Shown: piece after piece, positions 27,707 to 36,543 of the stretch
Position numbering within the stretch: position 1 is the stretch's first letter
How the letters are laid out: each line of letters starts with the position of its first letter
NCBI GenBank assembly: GCA_964618065.1
Contig: CAZTZK010000019.1
Coordinates: forward strand, 1-54,939
Direction of reading: 5' to 3'
Length of the DNA: 54,939 bases
Source of the DNA: an uncultured Candidatus Saccharibacteria bacterium
GTDB taxonomy: Bacteria > Patescibacteriota > Minisyncoccia > CAIUEV01 > JAHKAQ01
Notes under the pieces: generated by a model
Seen by the model: the letters and a program-made list of their open reading frames with translations, nothing else
What the model was told of the DNA's origin: nothing
The model's database searches: none
Made by a program: the position numbers and the translations under genes

Positions 27707-28093
27707 ATGGATCCGATTGCTAACATGCTGAGCGGAATCAAAAATGCTCAAAGTAGAAAAAAGAATGAAATTATTTCACCTTACTCAAATTTAAAATTTG
27801 GGATAGCTAAGCTTTTAAAGAAGGAAGGCTATCTAAAAGATGTTGTAAAAATTAAGGAAGGGAATAAATCTGATTTAAAAATTACCCTAGCCTATGAAAA
27901 TGGAGAACCTAAAATAAGTGGGATTGAAAGAATTTCTAAGCCGGGTTGCCGTATTTACAGAAATCATCAACACATTAGAAAGGTTTTAAACGGAATGGGG
28001 ATTGCTATTATATCAACTTCCCAAGGAGTTTTAACTGGTGAACAAGCCAGGAAGAAAAAAATTGGTGGAGAAATAATTTGTGAAATTTATTAA
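27707..28093 (+). CDS. rpsH: 30S ribosomal protein S8
   Basis: 128 aa. DPIANMLSGIKNAQ, ISKPGCRIY, and GIAIISTSQGVLT blocks. Confidence 0.94.
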   Translation: MDPIANMLSGIKNAQSRKKNEIISPYSNLKFGIAKLLKKEGYLKDVVKIKEGNKSDLKITLAYENGEPKISGIERISKPGCRIYRNHQHIRKVLNGMGIAIISTSQGVLTGEQARKKKIGGEIICEIY

Positions 28094-28103
28094 TTTAATT
28101 TCT

Positions 28104-28652
28104 ATGTCTAGGATTGGAAGAAAAAAAATTAAGATTCCTGATACGGTAACACTAAAACTGGAAAATGATAAAATCGGGGTTAAAGGACCCAAAGGAGAAT
28201 TATTTTTTAATTTTTCCAAGAAAATTGAAGTTAATCAAGAAGAACAATCTATTCTAGTTAAACCTAAAGATATAAATAAGTTAGGGAGCAAAGCTCTTTG
28301 GGGAACAACTAGAATGTTGATAGCCAATATGATAAAGGGGGTAACAAAAGGCTATACAAAGAAATTAGAAATTAACGGGACAGGATACAAGGCAGCAGTT
28401 TCAGGGAAAAAATTAGTAATGGAATTAGGTTTTTCTCATCCGGTTGAAATTGAAGCTCCTGAAGGAATTGAATTTTCAGTTGATAAAAATATTATTACTG
28501 TTTCAGGCATCGATAAGCAGTTAGTAGGGGAGATAGCAGCTAGAATTAGATCTAAAAGAAAACCAGAGCCTTATAAAGGAAAAGGAGTTAGATATAAAGA
28601 TGAATATGTTCGTCGTAAGACTGGTAAAAAAGCAGTTGGAGAAGATGAATAA
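28104..28652 (+). CDS. rplF: 50S ribosomal protein L6
   Basis: The canonical MSRIGRKKIKIP start is the ATG at 28104. The track ORF begins at an upstream GTG (28080) that overlaps rpsH. PEPYKGKGVRY lies near the C-terminus. Confidence 0.92.
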   Translation: MSRIGRKKIKIPDTVTLKLENDKIGVKGPKGELFFNFSKKIEVNQEEQSILVKPKDINKLGSKALWGTTRMLIANMIKGVTKGYTKKLEINGTGYKAAVSGKKLVMELGFSHPVEIEAPEGIEFSVDKNIITVSGIDKQLVGEIAARIRSKRKPEPYKGKGVRYKDEYVRRKTGKKAVGEDE

Positions 28653-28664
28653 TAAATTATATTT

Positions 28665-29030
28665 ATGAATTTAATAAGTAGAGAAAATTTAAGACAAAAA
28701 AGAAAGAAGCGAGTTAGGATAAAAGGTAGCAAAAGAATTCCCCGACTTTCTATTTTTAAGAGCAATAAAAGAATTTATTTGCAGTTAATAGATGATAAAG
28801 AGAAAAAAACTCTTGGAGGAGTGAGAAGCGATCTTTATTCGAAAGGAAAAAATGGAGTAGATATTTCTTTCCAAACAGGTGAGAAAATTGGAAAAATTGC
28901 CAAAAAGATGGGGATAAAACAGGCTGTTTTTGATAGAAGTGGTTATAAATTTCATGGTAAAGTAAAAGCAGTTTATGAAGGAGCTTTTAAAGCAGGGCTT
29001 GTTTTCTCAAAGGCAAAGAAGAAAAAATAA
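28665..29030 (+). CDS. rplR: 50S ribosomal protein L18
   Basis: 121 aa. RLSIFKSNKRIYLQLIDD, VFDRSGYKFHGKVKA, and GAFKAGL blocks. Confidence 0.9.
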   Translation: MNLISRENLRQKRKKRVRIKGSKRIPRLSIFKSNKRIYLQLIDDKEKKTLGGVRSDLYSKGKNGVDISFQTGEKIGKIAKKMGIKQAVFDRSGYKFHGKVKAVYEGAFKAGLVFSKAKKKK

Positions 29031-29046
29031 TTTCTATAGTTAATTT

Positions 29047-29550
29047 ATGAGAGGAAAACATAGGAACCAAAAACGTGAATTTGAACAAAAACTTTTAGAT
29101 CTAGCTAGGGTAACTAGAGTTGTTAGAGGAGGGCGTCGTTTTCGTTTTAGAGCAACGGTGGCGATTGGCAATAAAAGAGGCAAAGTAGGGATAGGTATGG
29201 CAAAAGGCGCTGATGTAAGTAGCGCTATTTCTAAAGCTTTTAATAAAGCTAGAAAATCTGTTGTTCAAATAAAAATTTATCGAGGGACTATTCCTCATGC
29301 TGTAAAGTGTAAATATAAAAGCGCACGAGTTCTCATGCGTCCTGCTAGAAAAGGAAGGGGAATTATAGTTGGAGGAGCAGTAAGATCTATAGTTGAATTA
29401 GCTGGAATTAGTGATATGTCAGCTAAAATTGTTGGTAAAGGTAATAAGGTCAACAATGCTTTTGCGGCTTTAAAAGGTCTGGCTTCCTTGAAAGAATTTA
29501 AGAAAGAAGAAAATCCTAAAATTTTAAAAAATCAAGATGCAATTTCATAA
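29047..29550 (+). CDS. rpsE: 30S ribosomal protein S5
   Basis: 167 aa. RVTRVVRGGRRFRFRATVAIGNKRGKVGIGMAKG and GRGIIVGGAVR blocks. Confidence 0.95.
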   Translation: MRGKHRNQKREFEQKLLDLARVTRVVRGGRRFRFRATVAIGNKRGKVGIGMAKGADVSSAISKAFNKARKSVVQIKIYRGTIPHAVKCKYKSARVLMRPARKGRGIIVGGAVRSIVELAGISDMSAKIVGKGNKVNNAFAALKGLASLKEFKKEENPKILKNQDAIS

Positions 29551-30043
29551 TTTACAATCTAAAAATATATCCCGAAGCAAAAAGAGAATAGGCCGGGGAG
29601 GCAAACGAGGGACTTATAGTGGGAAAGGTATGAAAGGACAAAAATCTAGAAGTGGTACGGGAGGAACTAATATTCCTGAGAAAGGGCGTTCTTCCTGGGT
29701 GAAGAGATTTCCAAAACTCGGAGGGTTTAATTCTGTTTATCGTAGAAATTTAATTGTCCAAAGTAAAGATCTTGCTAAATTCTTTAAAGATGGAGATACT
29801 ATTACCCTTCAATCTTTAATTGAAAAAAAACTTCTAAAAAATCCTAAAAGAGGTTTTTCTGGAAAAATGCAATCAGTAAAAATTCTAAATAATGGTCTAA
29901 TTGACAAGAAGCTTTCTATAAAAGGGTGTCTTGTTTCAAAAGAGGTAAAGAAAATGGTTGAAAAAGCGGGAGGAAGTGTTGAGAATTTTAAGGGAAATAG
30001 AAAAAAAGCTCTTCCTAAAATTAAAAACAAAAAAATCTCTTAA
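29537..30043 (+). CDS. rplO: 50S ribosomal protein L15
   Basis: 168 aa. RIGRGGKRGTYSGKGMKGQKSRSG block. It overlaps the rpsE stop by 14 nt, so no rpmD lies in between. Confidence 0.9.
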   Translation: MQFHNLQSKNISRSKKRIGRGGKRGTYSGKGMKGQKSRSGTGGTNIPEKGRSSWVKRFPKLGGFNSVYRRNLIVQSKDLAKFFKDGDTITLQSLIEKKLLKNPKRGFSGKMQSVKILNNGLIDKKLSIKGCLVSKEVKKMVEKAGGSVENFKGNRKKALPKIKNKKIS

Positions 30044-30073
30044 TTTTAAATTAAAAGATTAATTATTTTTCTT

Positions 30074-30910
30074 GTGAATTATTGCTATTTCAACCAAGAA
30101 ATTATTTCTGAAGAAAAAGCTGGGATTTCTTTGAGAGACTTAGGGCTCCTGCGTGGTTATGGAGCCTTTGAAGTTTTAACTGTATATCAAGGAAAAACTT
30201 TCCTTTTTGAGGAACATTTTAAACGTTTGGAAAACTCTGCTAAAAAATTGCATCTAAAAATTCCTGTTTCGAAGAAAAAACTAGAAACAATTATTAAAAA
30301 ATTAGTTTCAAAGAATAAATTCCAAAGTGCTAGTGTAAGAATTGTCTTAACGGGAGGTTTTTCTGAGGATGGCATTACTCTTGGTAAAAAAGCTACCTTT
30401 TTTATTTTGGTAAATAAAATAAAAGAATTTAAAAAGAGAAATTATCTTCAAGGAGTCAAACTAATAACTACTGAATACCAAAGAGAAATTCCGCGGGCAA
30501 AAATTTCTAACTATATCCACGCGATTCAACTTCAAAAGAAAAGAGAAAAAAGCAAAGCCTTAGAAGTTCTTTATGTTAGCCAAGGCCTTGTCTTGGAAGC
30601 CTCAACAAGCAATTTTTTTATTTTTAAAAAAAATGTTCTGATTACTCCTAGGAGAAATGTTCTTTTGGGCACTATAAGAACATTTATACTGAAAATAGCT
30701 AGAAAAAAATTTAAAGTTTATGAAAGGGATATTCGTTTTCAAGAACTAAAAGAAGCTGATGAAGCTTTTTTAACAGCCACTATTAAAGGAGTGCTTCCTG
30801 TTGTTAGAATAGATAATTTTAAAATTGGTAATGGGAAAGTTGGAGATAATACTCAATGGTTAATGAAAGAATACAAAAGGGATAAACTATCTAAGTTGGC
30901 TAGTATTTAA
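30074..30910 (+). CDS. Class IV (fold-type IV) PLP aminotransferase: branched-chain or D-amino-acid aminotransferase
   Basis: 278 aa with a GTG start. RDLGLLRGYGAFEVL, VRIVLTGG, the AKISNY region, EASTSNFFIFKKNVLITP, and EAFLTAT blocks. Substrate class cannot be told from motifs alone. Confidence 0.7.
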   Translation: MNYCYFNQEIISEEKAGISLRDLGLLRGYGAFEVLTVYQGKTFLFEEHFKRLENSAKKLHLKIPVSKKKLETIIKKLVSKNKFQSASVRIVLTGGFSEDGITLGKKATFFILVNKIKEFKKRNYLQGVKLITTEYQREIPRAKISNYIHAIQLQKKREKSKALEVLYVSQGLVLEASTSNFFIFKKNVLITPRRNVLLGTIRTFILKIARKKFKVYERDIRFQELKEADEAFLTATIKGVLPVVRIDNFKIGNGKVGDNTQWLMKEYKRDKLSKLASI

Positions 30911-30960
30911 TATAGAAAAACCTAGCGGATAGAGAAAATACAATCAAAACACAAAGCTAC

Positions 30961-31812
30961 TTAAAATGTAGTTTTTTCTTTTTGCACTTTTATAATAGTT
31001 TTTTCTCCTTCTAAAATTTTATCTTTTTCTCCTGGAAAATCGTGAATACTATCTAATAAGTTTTCATAAGAATATTGAAAATTTTCTCCTCTTCTAGTTC
31101 CAGGATCATTTGTGATAAAGTATTGTTTCTCCTCATTGTAACCGGTAATTACAAGAGCATGATAAAGAGGTCCTGGTTGCCTGAAATAGGGGTTATTAAG
31201 AACCCTGCCAGCTACAGGAGCAATGATTATAGATCCTTCAGCTAAATACCCTTTGAGCTTTTCCAAAGAATATTTTTTAATTATTTGATGATGGTCTCCA
31301 TAGAAGTCTTCGGCAAGCTTAACTATTTCTTGAGCGTTTAAATCAGTATGGGTTCCGTATTTTGCTTCTTGATATTTTACCATTTTTAAGATCTCTTCTT
31401 CTCCTTTTTCTTTGTGTATTTTTTCAATACCCAATGAATAATAATGAGCAATTATGAGGGCAGCCTCCTCACAAGCTTCATTATGAAGATCATCCCAGTT
31501 AGCAAAAGGTGCTTGAGGGAGGAAAGGGGCCGAATTATTTATTTGAACAGGGATCGCTGTTTCTTTTTCCCCCAATTCTTCTAAATTATTTTGTTCTTCT
31601 GATTTGTTATCTTTTTCTATCCCTGCTTCTTCTTGTTCATCATTTGTTTTTTCTGAAAACTGATAAACTTCTTCGGAATTTTTTTTGAAGGAGGCAAAAT
31701 TATCTTGCTCCTCTTTTTCAGAAGCTAGTTTTTGTGAGAAATAATAAAAACAAATACCTATTACAATAATCCAGAAACTTATTTTAAGTAAACTAATTTT
31801 AATTTTTCTCAT
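30961..31812 (-). CDS. Membrane-anchored C39-like (papain-fold) cysteine peptidase domain protein
   Basis: 283 aa. N-terminal TM helix, acidic linker, then QAPFANWDDLHNEACEEAALIIAHYY (candidate catalytic Cys) and LYHALVITGYNEEKQYFITNDPG (candidate His). This arrangement matches Peptidase_C39_2 / YvpB-like proteins. Confidence 0.55.
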   Translation of the reverse strand: MRKIKISLLKISFWIIVIGICFYYFSQKLASEKEEQDNFASFKKNSEEVYQFSEKTNDEQEEAGIEKDNKSEEQNNLEELGEKETAIPVQINNSAPFLPQAPFANWDDLHNEACEEAALIIAHYYSLGIEKIHKEKGEEEILKMVKYQEAKYGTHTDLNAQEIVKLAEDFYGDHHQIIKKYSLEKLKGYLAEGSIIIAPVAGRVLNNPYFRQPGPLYHALVITGYNEEKQYFITNDPGTRRGENFQYSYENLLDSIHDFPGEKDKILEGEKTIIKVQKEKTTF

Positions 31813-31950
31813 AGAATAATTTTATTCTTTTATTTTATTTTTTCTTTTCTCTCACGTCAAAGAATAAGCTAATAATTTTAATTTATTTTTTTGTTTTTTT
31901 TAATGATCAATTTGTTAAGTTTCTACTAAGCTTTTTAAAATTTAAACTTT

Positions 31951-34182
31951 ATGTTAGTTAGAAGAATTTTATTTTTATTTTTTTTATTAGCCTTTCCCTT
32001 TTTTCAAGTTAAAGCAGCTTCCATTGATATTTTGGAGGATGTTATTTGGGAAGACGATCAAATAGTAGAAGGAAGAGTAACGGTCGGAAGAGGGGCGAAG
32101 CTTACTATAAATCCGGGGGTTCAAGTGGAATTTAGAGAAGGAGGGAACTTAAGAATTTATGGAGAATTATTCGCAGAAGGAGAGAAAAATAATCCAATAG
32201 TTTTTTTTAAAAAGAAACGCACTCCTGAAGGACCAAACTGGATTTATTATTTTTTATTTGGAGCTGATTCTAATTCTACTATTAAAAATGCAGTTGTAAA
32301 AGAAGCTGGTGGTTATTCCGAAAGCGGATCTTGGATGCCGGGTTTGAAAGTTGAAGGGAATCTAGAGATTTATGATAGCTTAATTACTCAAAATTATTGG
32401 GCGATCCAAGTAAGGAAAGAAGGGACTTTGAAAATAAGAAATTCAGACATTTATGACAACTATCAGACTTCAGGATTAGAAGTTTTAGGAAATTCGGCTC
32501 AAGCCGATGCTATTGATAATTATTGGGGAGATAATTCGGGCCCTTTTCATTCTTCTTTTAATAAAACAGGCAAAGGCGGAGAGATCAAGGGAGGGAATCT
32601 TCAATTTGTGCCCTGGGAAGAAAGAGATAAAAAACCGATCATTCTAGTGCCTGGTTTTGGTGAATCTATTAATTTAGGAAAGTTTATTAAAGAACAAACA
32701 GGGGAATGGTGGCTTTTCCCTTTTGGAAAATCAATTGCAGCCTTAAAAAGAGTTTTTGAGAATTCTGGATACGAGGAAAATAAAAATTTATTTGTCAGTT
32801 TTTACGATTGGCGAGAACCTTTTCGCCAAAGCGCTATCAATTATTTAAAACCGACTATTGATCTAGCTAAAGAAAAATCAGGCTTTAAAGAAGTGGATAT
32901 TATTGCTTTTAGTTTTGGAGGTCTTGTTTCTAGAGGATATATTCAAGAAAACTGTTTCGATTTTGATGTAGATAAGCTGATAACTTTAGGAACGCCTCAT
33001 AGAGGAGTTTCTAAAATTTATACTTTTGCAGAAGGAGGGAAAATACCTGCTGACTGGAGTCCTTTACTCTATATTTATCTTTGGTATAAGCAAATAAGTG
33101 AAGATCAAAATCTTTTGGATTATATCCAAAATTATTTACCTGCGATTTACGAAATAATGCCTACTTATGATTTTCTTGAGGTTTCAGGAAATTTAGTTGA
33201 TCACCAGACAATGTCTTTTTCTAACAGTTCTTTAATTAGTCTTAATAATGAGGCAGAATGTTTAAAAGAAAGAGTCCAACCATTTTTTATCGGAGGTACC
33301 GGTTTTTTAACCTTGGATAATATCCCCATAAAATCTTATTCCCCGAACGGCAATAATTTATGGTTAGACGGTATTCCTGATCCCTTTCCCCCTGTTTCTG
33401 AAAGTATTGAGGGAGATACGACCGTTTTAACTAAAAGTTCTACCTGGGAGCTGGAAGGTGTAGAAAAACGCGTGCTAGAATCAAAACATGGCAGTCTTCC
33501 TTTTGAATCGCAACAGGAAATTGAGGATCTTTTAGATATCAATTTAACAGAACCTCTTTTTGACTTAGAACTTAATGAGAATTATTTGATTTTTTGTATT
33601 GCTTCACCCATAGAAATAGAAATTAAAAACTCCGAAGGTCTTAAACTTTCTCAAGAATTAATTGAGATTGAGAACTCTTATTTTTATGAAAACGATCCCC
33701 TTGGAGAAAAAATGATCTTAATTTATAATCCAGATATTGAATATTCTGTCAAAATTAAAGGATTAGCCAGTGGCACATATAAAATATTAACAGTTTTAAA
33801 AGAAGAAAATGAAAAAATAGTCTCCTCTGAATTATCTGGCGAAATTAATTTAGGCAAAGATGTTGATTATAGAGTAGATATAATCAAAGAGGAAGATTTT
33901 GAAACGGAGATTAGAATTTATGAAAAAATTGATTCAGATTATAAAATTATTATTGGACAGGTAATAAATTTTTACGAGGAAGACTTTCTAAAAAAATGGT
34001 CGGTGAGACAAGAAATTTTAGAATTTTTATTAAATAGTTATAATTTTTCTAAAAAAAACGAAACGGAAAAGGAAAAATTAGAGATCAGCAGACTAAAAGA
34101 TAAAATTGGAGTGTTTGTAGCTGAAGATTCTATTGATTTTTCTAAAGCGCAATTATTACTGGAATCTTTAGATGGCTTTTAA
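31951..34182 (+). CDS. Secreted fusion of parallel beta-helix (PbH1) repeats, a PGAP1/LCAT-like alpha/beta-hydrolase (lipase/esterase), and a C-terminal beta-rich domain
   Basis: 743 aa. Signal peptide (LFLFFLLAFPFFQVKA), PbH1-like repeats (IKNAVVKEAGG, LITQNYWAIQV, IRNSDIYDNYQTSGLEV, DNYWGDNSGP), then IILVPGFGES, the nucleophile elbow IIAFSFGGLVSRGY, and LITLGTPHRG. Confidence 0.6.
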   Translation: MLVRRILFLFFLLAFPFFQVKAASIDILEDVIWEDDQIVEGRVTVGRGAKLTINPGVQVEFREGGNLRIYGELFAEGEKNNPIVFFKKKRTPEGPNWIYYFLFGADSNSTIKNAVVKEAGGYSESGSWMPGLKVEGNLEIYDSLITQNYWAIQVRKEGTLKIRNSDIYDNYQTSGLEVLGNSAQADAIDNYWGDNSGPFHSSFNKTGKGGEIKGGNLQFVPWEERDKKPIILVPGFGESINLGKFIKEQTGEWWLFPFGKSIAALKRVFENSGYEENKNLFVSFYDWREPFRQSAINYLKPTIDLAKEKSGFKEVDIIAFSFGGLVSRGYIQENCFDFDVDKLITLGTPHRGVSKIYTFAEGGKIPADWSPLLYIYLWYKQISEDQNLLDYIQNYLPAIYEIMPTYDFLEVSGNLVDHQTMSFSNSSLISLNNEAECLKERVQPFFIGGTGFLTLDNIPIKSYSPNGNNLWLDGIPDPFPPVSESIEGDTTVLTKSSTWELEGVEKRVLESKHGSLPFESQQEIEDLLDINLTEPLFDLELNENYLIFCIASPIEIEIKNSEGLKLSQELIEIENSYFYENDPLGEKMILIYNPDIEYSVKIKGLASGTYKILTVLKEENEKIVSSELSGEINLGKDVDYRVDIIKEEDFETEIRIYEKIDSDYKIIIGQVINFYEEDFLKKWSVRQEILEFLLNSYNFSKKNETEKEKLEISRLKDKIGVFVAEDSIDFSKAQLLLESLDGF

Positions 34183-34312
34183 TAAAAAATAGCCTATAAT
34201 AAAAATAAAGCGCAACAATAAAAGTTTTCATAGATTCTAAATTTTTGTATTTTTAAAGAAAAAAAGAGTTTTTAATTCATCTAAACTTAGTTGACTCCAG
34301 TAAAAATAAAAA

Positions 34313-35608
34313 ATGGCAAAAGAAAAAGAAAAAAGAGCAAAAAACAATTTTATATCTTTTCCCCAAGATTTTTTTTGGGGGAGTGCTACTTCTTCCTATC
34401 AAGTAGAAGGTGGGAATGTAAATGATTGGAGCCAATGGGAGGTTAAAAATGCGCAATTATTAGCCGAGTCTGCTAAAAAAACATACAAGGTTTGGCAAGG
34501 GCAGAAATTTCCGCAAATGTTTAAAGCGTCTAATTATATTTGTGGCAAAGCCTGTAATCACTATAATCGTTTTAGAGAAGATTTTGATTTGGCTAAATCT
34601 CTGAATCAAAACGCTCATCGTTTTTCTTTAGAATGGTCCCGGGTAGAACCAGAAGAAGGGAAATTTAATAAAAAAGAAATTAAGCATTACAAAAGAGTGC
34701 TGATAGCTTTAAGAAAAAGAGGAATTGAACCTTTTGTAACTCTGAAACATTTTACAAATCCTCTTTGGCTTACAGAAAAAGGAGGAACAGCTAGCTCTAA
34801 CTATCCTTATTTTTTTGCTCGTTATGTTAAAAAAGTAATTCAAGAGTTGGGTAAGTTTTGTCAGTACTGGATTACGGTAAATGAACCAACGGTCATTATT
34901 TCAAAAGCTTATTTTAATTCATCTTGGCCTGGAGATAAAAGTTTTTATAAAGCCTTTAAATACTTTTATATGACAGTTAAAGCGCATAGTTTAGCTTATG
35001 ATTGTATAAAAAAAGAATTGCCTCAAGCTAAAGTTGGTGTTTCTCATTTGTTTAGCTTTTGGAGCCCAGCAAAAGAGAACTCCTTTTTAGATAAAATGGC
35101 CGCTAAGTTAACCCGTTATTTTGCTAATGAGAAATTTATCAATAAAATAAAGTCCAAACTGGATTTTATAGGAGTAAATTATTATTTCCATACCCGAGTA
35201 AAATTTTTTTCTCAATCATTAGGAGCAGATAAGAAAAAAAATAAATTTTCTGACTTGAATTGGGAAATTTACCCCAAAGGTATTTATGAAGTCTTAAAAG
35301 AAATAAAAAAATATAATCTTCCGATTTATATAACTGAGAACGGAGTTGCTGATGCTGATGATAAATTTAGAGATAATTTTATTAAAGAGCATCTTTTTTG
35401 GATAAAAAAAGCCATGCAAGAAAAAATCTTAGTTAAAGGTTATTTCCATTGGTCCCTAATGGATAATTTTGAATGGGACAAGGGTTTTTGGCCTCGTTTT
35501 GGTCTTATAGAAATAGATTACAAAACATTAGAAAGAAAAATTCGGGCCAGTGGCAAGGAGTATGCTAAAATTTGTGCTACCAATAAATTTAAAATCAATA
35601 GCCAATGA
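34313..35608 (+). CDS. Glycoside hydrolase family 1 (beta-glucosidase/beta-galactosidase)
   Basis: 431 aa with no signal peptide. FFWGSATSSYQVEGG, HRFSLEWSRVEPEEG, acid/base ITVNEPTV, nucleophile IYITENGVAD, and HWSLMDNFEW blocks. Confidence 0.9.
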   Translation: MAKEKEKRAKNNFISFPQDFFWGSATSSYQVEGGNVNDWSQWEVKNAQLLAESAKKTYKVWQGQKFPQMFKASNYICGKACNHYNRFREDFDLAKSLNQNAHRFSLEWSRVEPEEGKFNKKEIKHYKRVLIALRKRGIEPFVTLKHFTNPLWLTEKGGTASSNYPYFFARYVKKVIQELGKFCQYWITVNEPTVIISKAYFNSSWPGDKSFYKAFKYFYMTVKAHSLAYDCIKKELPQAKVGVSHLFSFWSPAKENSFLDKMAAKLTRYFANEKFINKIKSKLDFIGVNYYFHTRVKFFSQSLGADKKKNKFSDLNWEIYPKGIYEVLKEIKKYNLPIYITENGVADADDKFRDNFIKEHLFWIKKAMQEKILVKGYFHWSLMDNFEWDKGFWPRFGLIEIDYKTLERKIRASGKEYAKICATNKFKINSQ

Positions 35609-36522
35609 TATTAGGATTATTTGTTGCTATTTTAGCCTATTTTATAAATGCTGTTACGACAATAATTGATAAATATTTACTCCAAGGATCTGTTCCTAAT
35701 CCTTTAATTTATTGTTTCTACGTAGGGATTTTAAGTATTTTTGCTTTTCCGCTTGTTTTTTTGCAATTTGAATATCCCGGTTTTGTTTTATTACTGATTG
35801 ATTTTTTGGCCGGTTTTGTTTTTTTAATCTCTATTTTGTTGATGTATTTTGCCTTAAAAAAAGGTGAGGCTTCTAGGGTTATCCCTATAATTGGAGGGTT
35901 AACTCCTAGTTTTATTTATCTTTACAATTTTTTAATTGTTGGCGATCGTATTAGCAAAGAACAGCTAATAGCTATTTTCTTTTTAGTCGCAGGGAGCGTT
36001 TTAATTTCAGCAAGGATAAAGTATACCAAAAATCAATCTAAAAAGAAGATTTGTTTTGAAAGCTTAGGCTTTGCTTTTTCTTCCGCATTTTTGTTAGCTG
36101 TTTATTTTATTTTAGCGGATTATATTTTTCAAACCCAGCTTTTTATATCCGCTTTTGCCTGGACTAGAGTTGGTAGTTTTTTAGGAGCTTTGCTATTTCT
36201 TTTATTCCAAAAAAATAGAAAAAAAATATTCTCTGCTACAAGAAAAATAAAAATAAAAGCTACAAGTATTGTAATATTTAACAAAGTTTTAGGAGGAGTG
36301 GCCTTTATTTTATTAAACTTAGCCATAGCCAGATCTTCCGGATTGCTAGTTAATTCTTTAAGTGGAACACAGTATGCATTCTTATTCTTGCTTATTATTG
36401 TTTTATCTTATAAATATCCTAAAATAATTAAAGAAAAATTCAATAAATTTATAATTGGGCAGAAATCTTTAGCACTTGCTCTAATTGGAGTAGGATTAAT
36501 TTTTCTTTTCACTTTTTCTTAA
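35605..36522 (+). CDS. DMT/EamA-like 10-TM transporter
   Basis: 305-aa polytopic ORF with two similar 5-TM halves. It overlaps the GH1 stop by 4 nt (ATGA). The family call is based on topology and weak motif similarity. Confidence 0.6.
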   Translation: MILGLFVAILAYFINAVTTIIDKYLLQGSVPNPLIYCFYVGILSIFAFPLVFLQFEYPGFVLLLIDFLAGFVFLISILLMYFALKKGEASRVIPIIGGLTPSFIYLYNFLIVGDRISKEQLIAIFFLVAGSVLISARIKYTKNQSKKKICFESLGFAFSSAFLLAVYFILADYIFQTQLFISAFAWTRVGSFLGALLFLLFQKNRKKIFSATRKIKIKATSIVIFNKVLGGVAFILLNLAIARSSGLLVNSLSGTQYAFLFLLIIVLSYKYPKIIKEKFNKFIIGQKSLALALIGVGLIFLFTFS

Positions 36523-36543
36523 AATTTTAAATTATTTATCAGT

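Noticed and set aside
27476-27751. 91-aa minus-strand ORF
   Set aside because: It covers the whole type-Z S14 gene in antisense, and rpsN is unambiguous.
21380-30375. Remaining small ORFs inside the r-protein and aminotransferase genes (21380-21643, 24300-24548, 28031-28219, 28571-28765, 29101-29298, 29809-30030, 30187-30375)
   Set aside because: All are antisense to well-supported conserved genes.
31813-31828. Palindrome AGAATAA-TT-TTATTCT immediately upstream of the C39-like peptidase start codon
   Set aside because: It is a 7-bp, nearly all-A/T inverted repeat, which is expected by chance at this base composition. No second copy or other support was seen.
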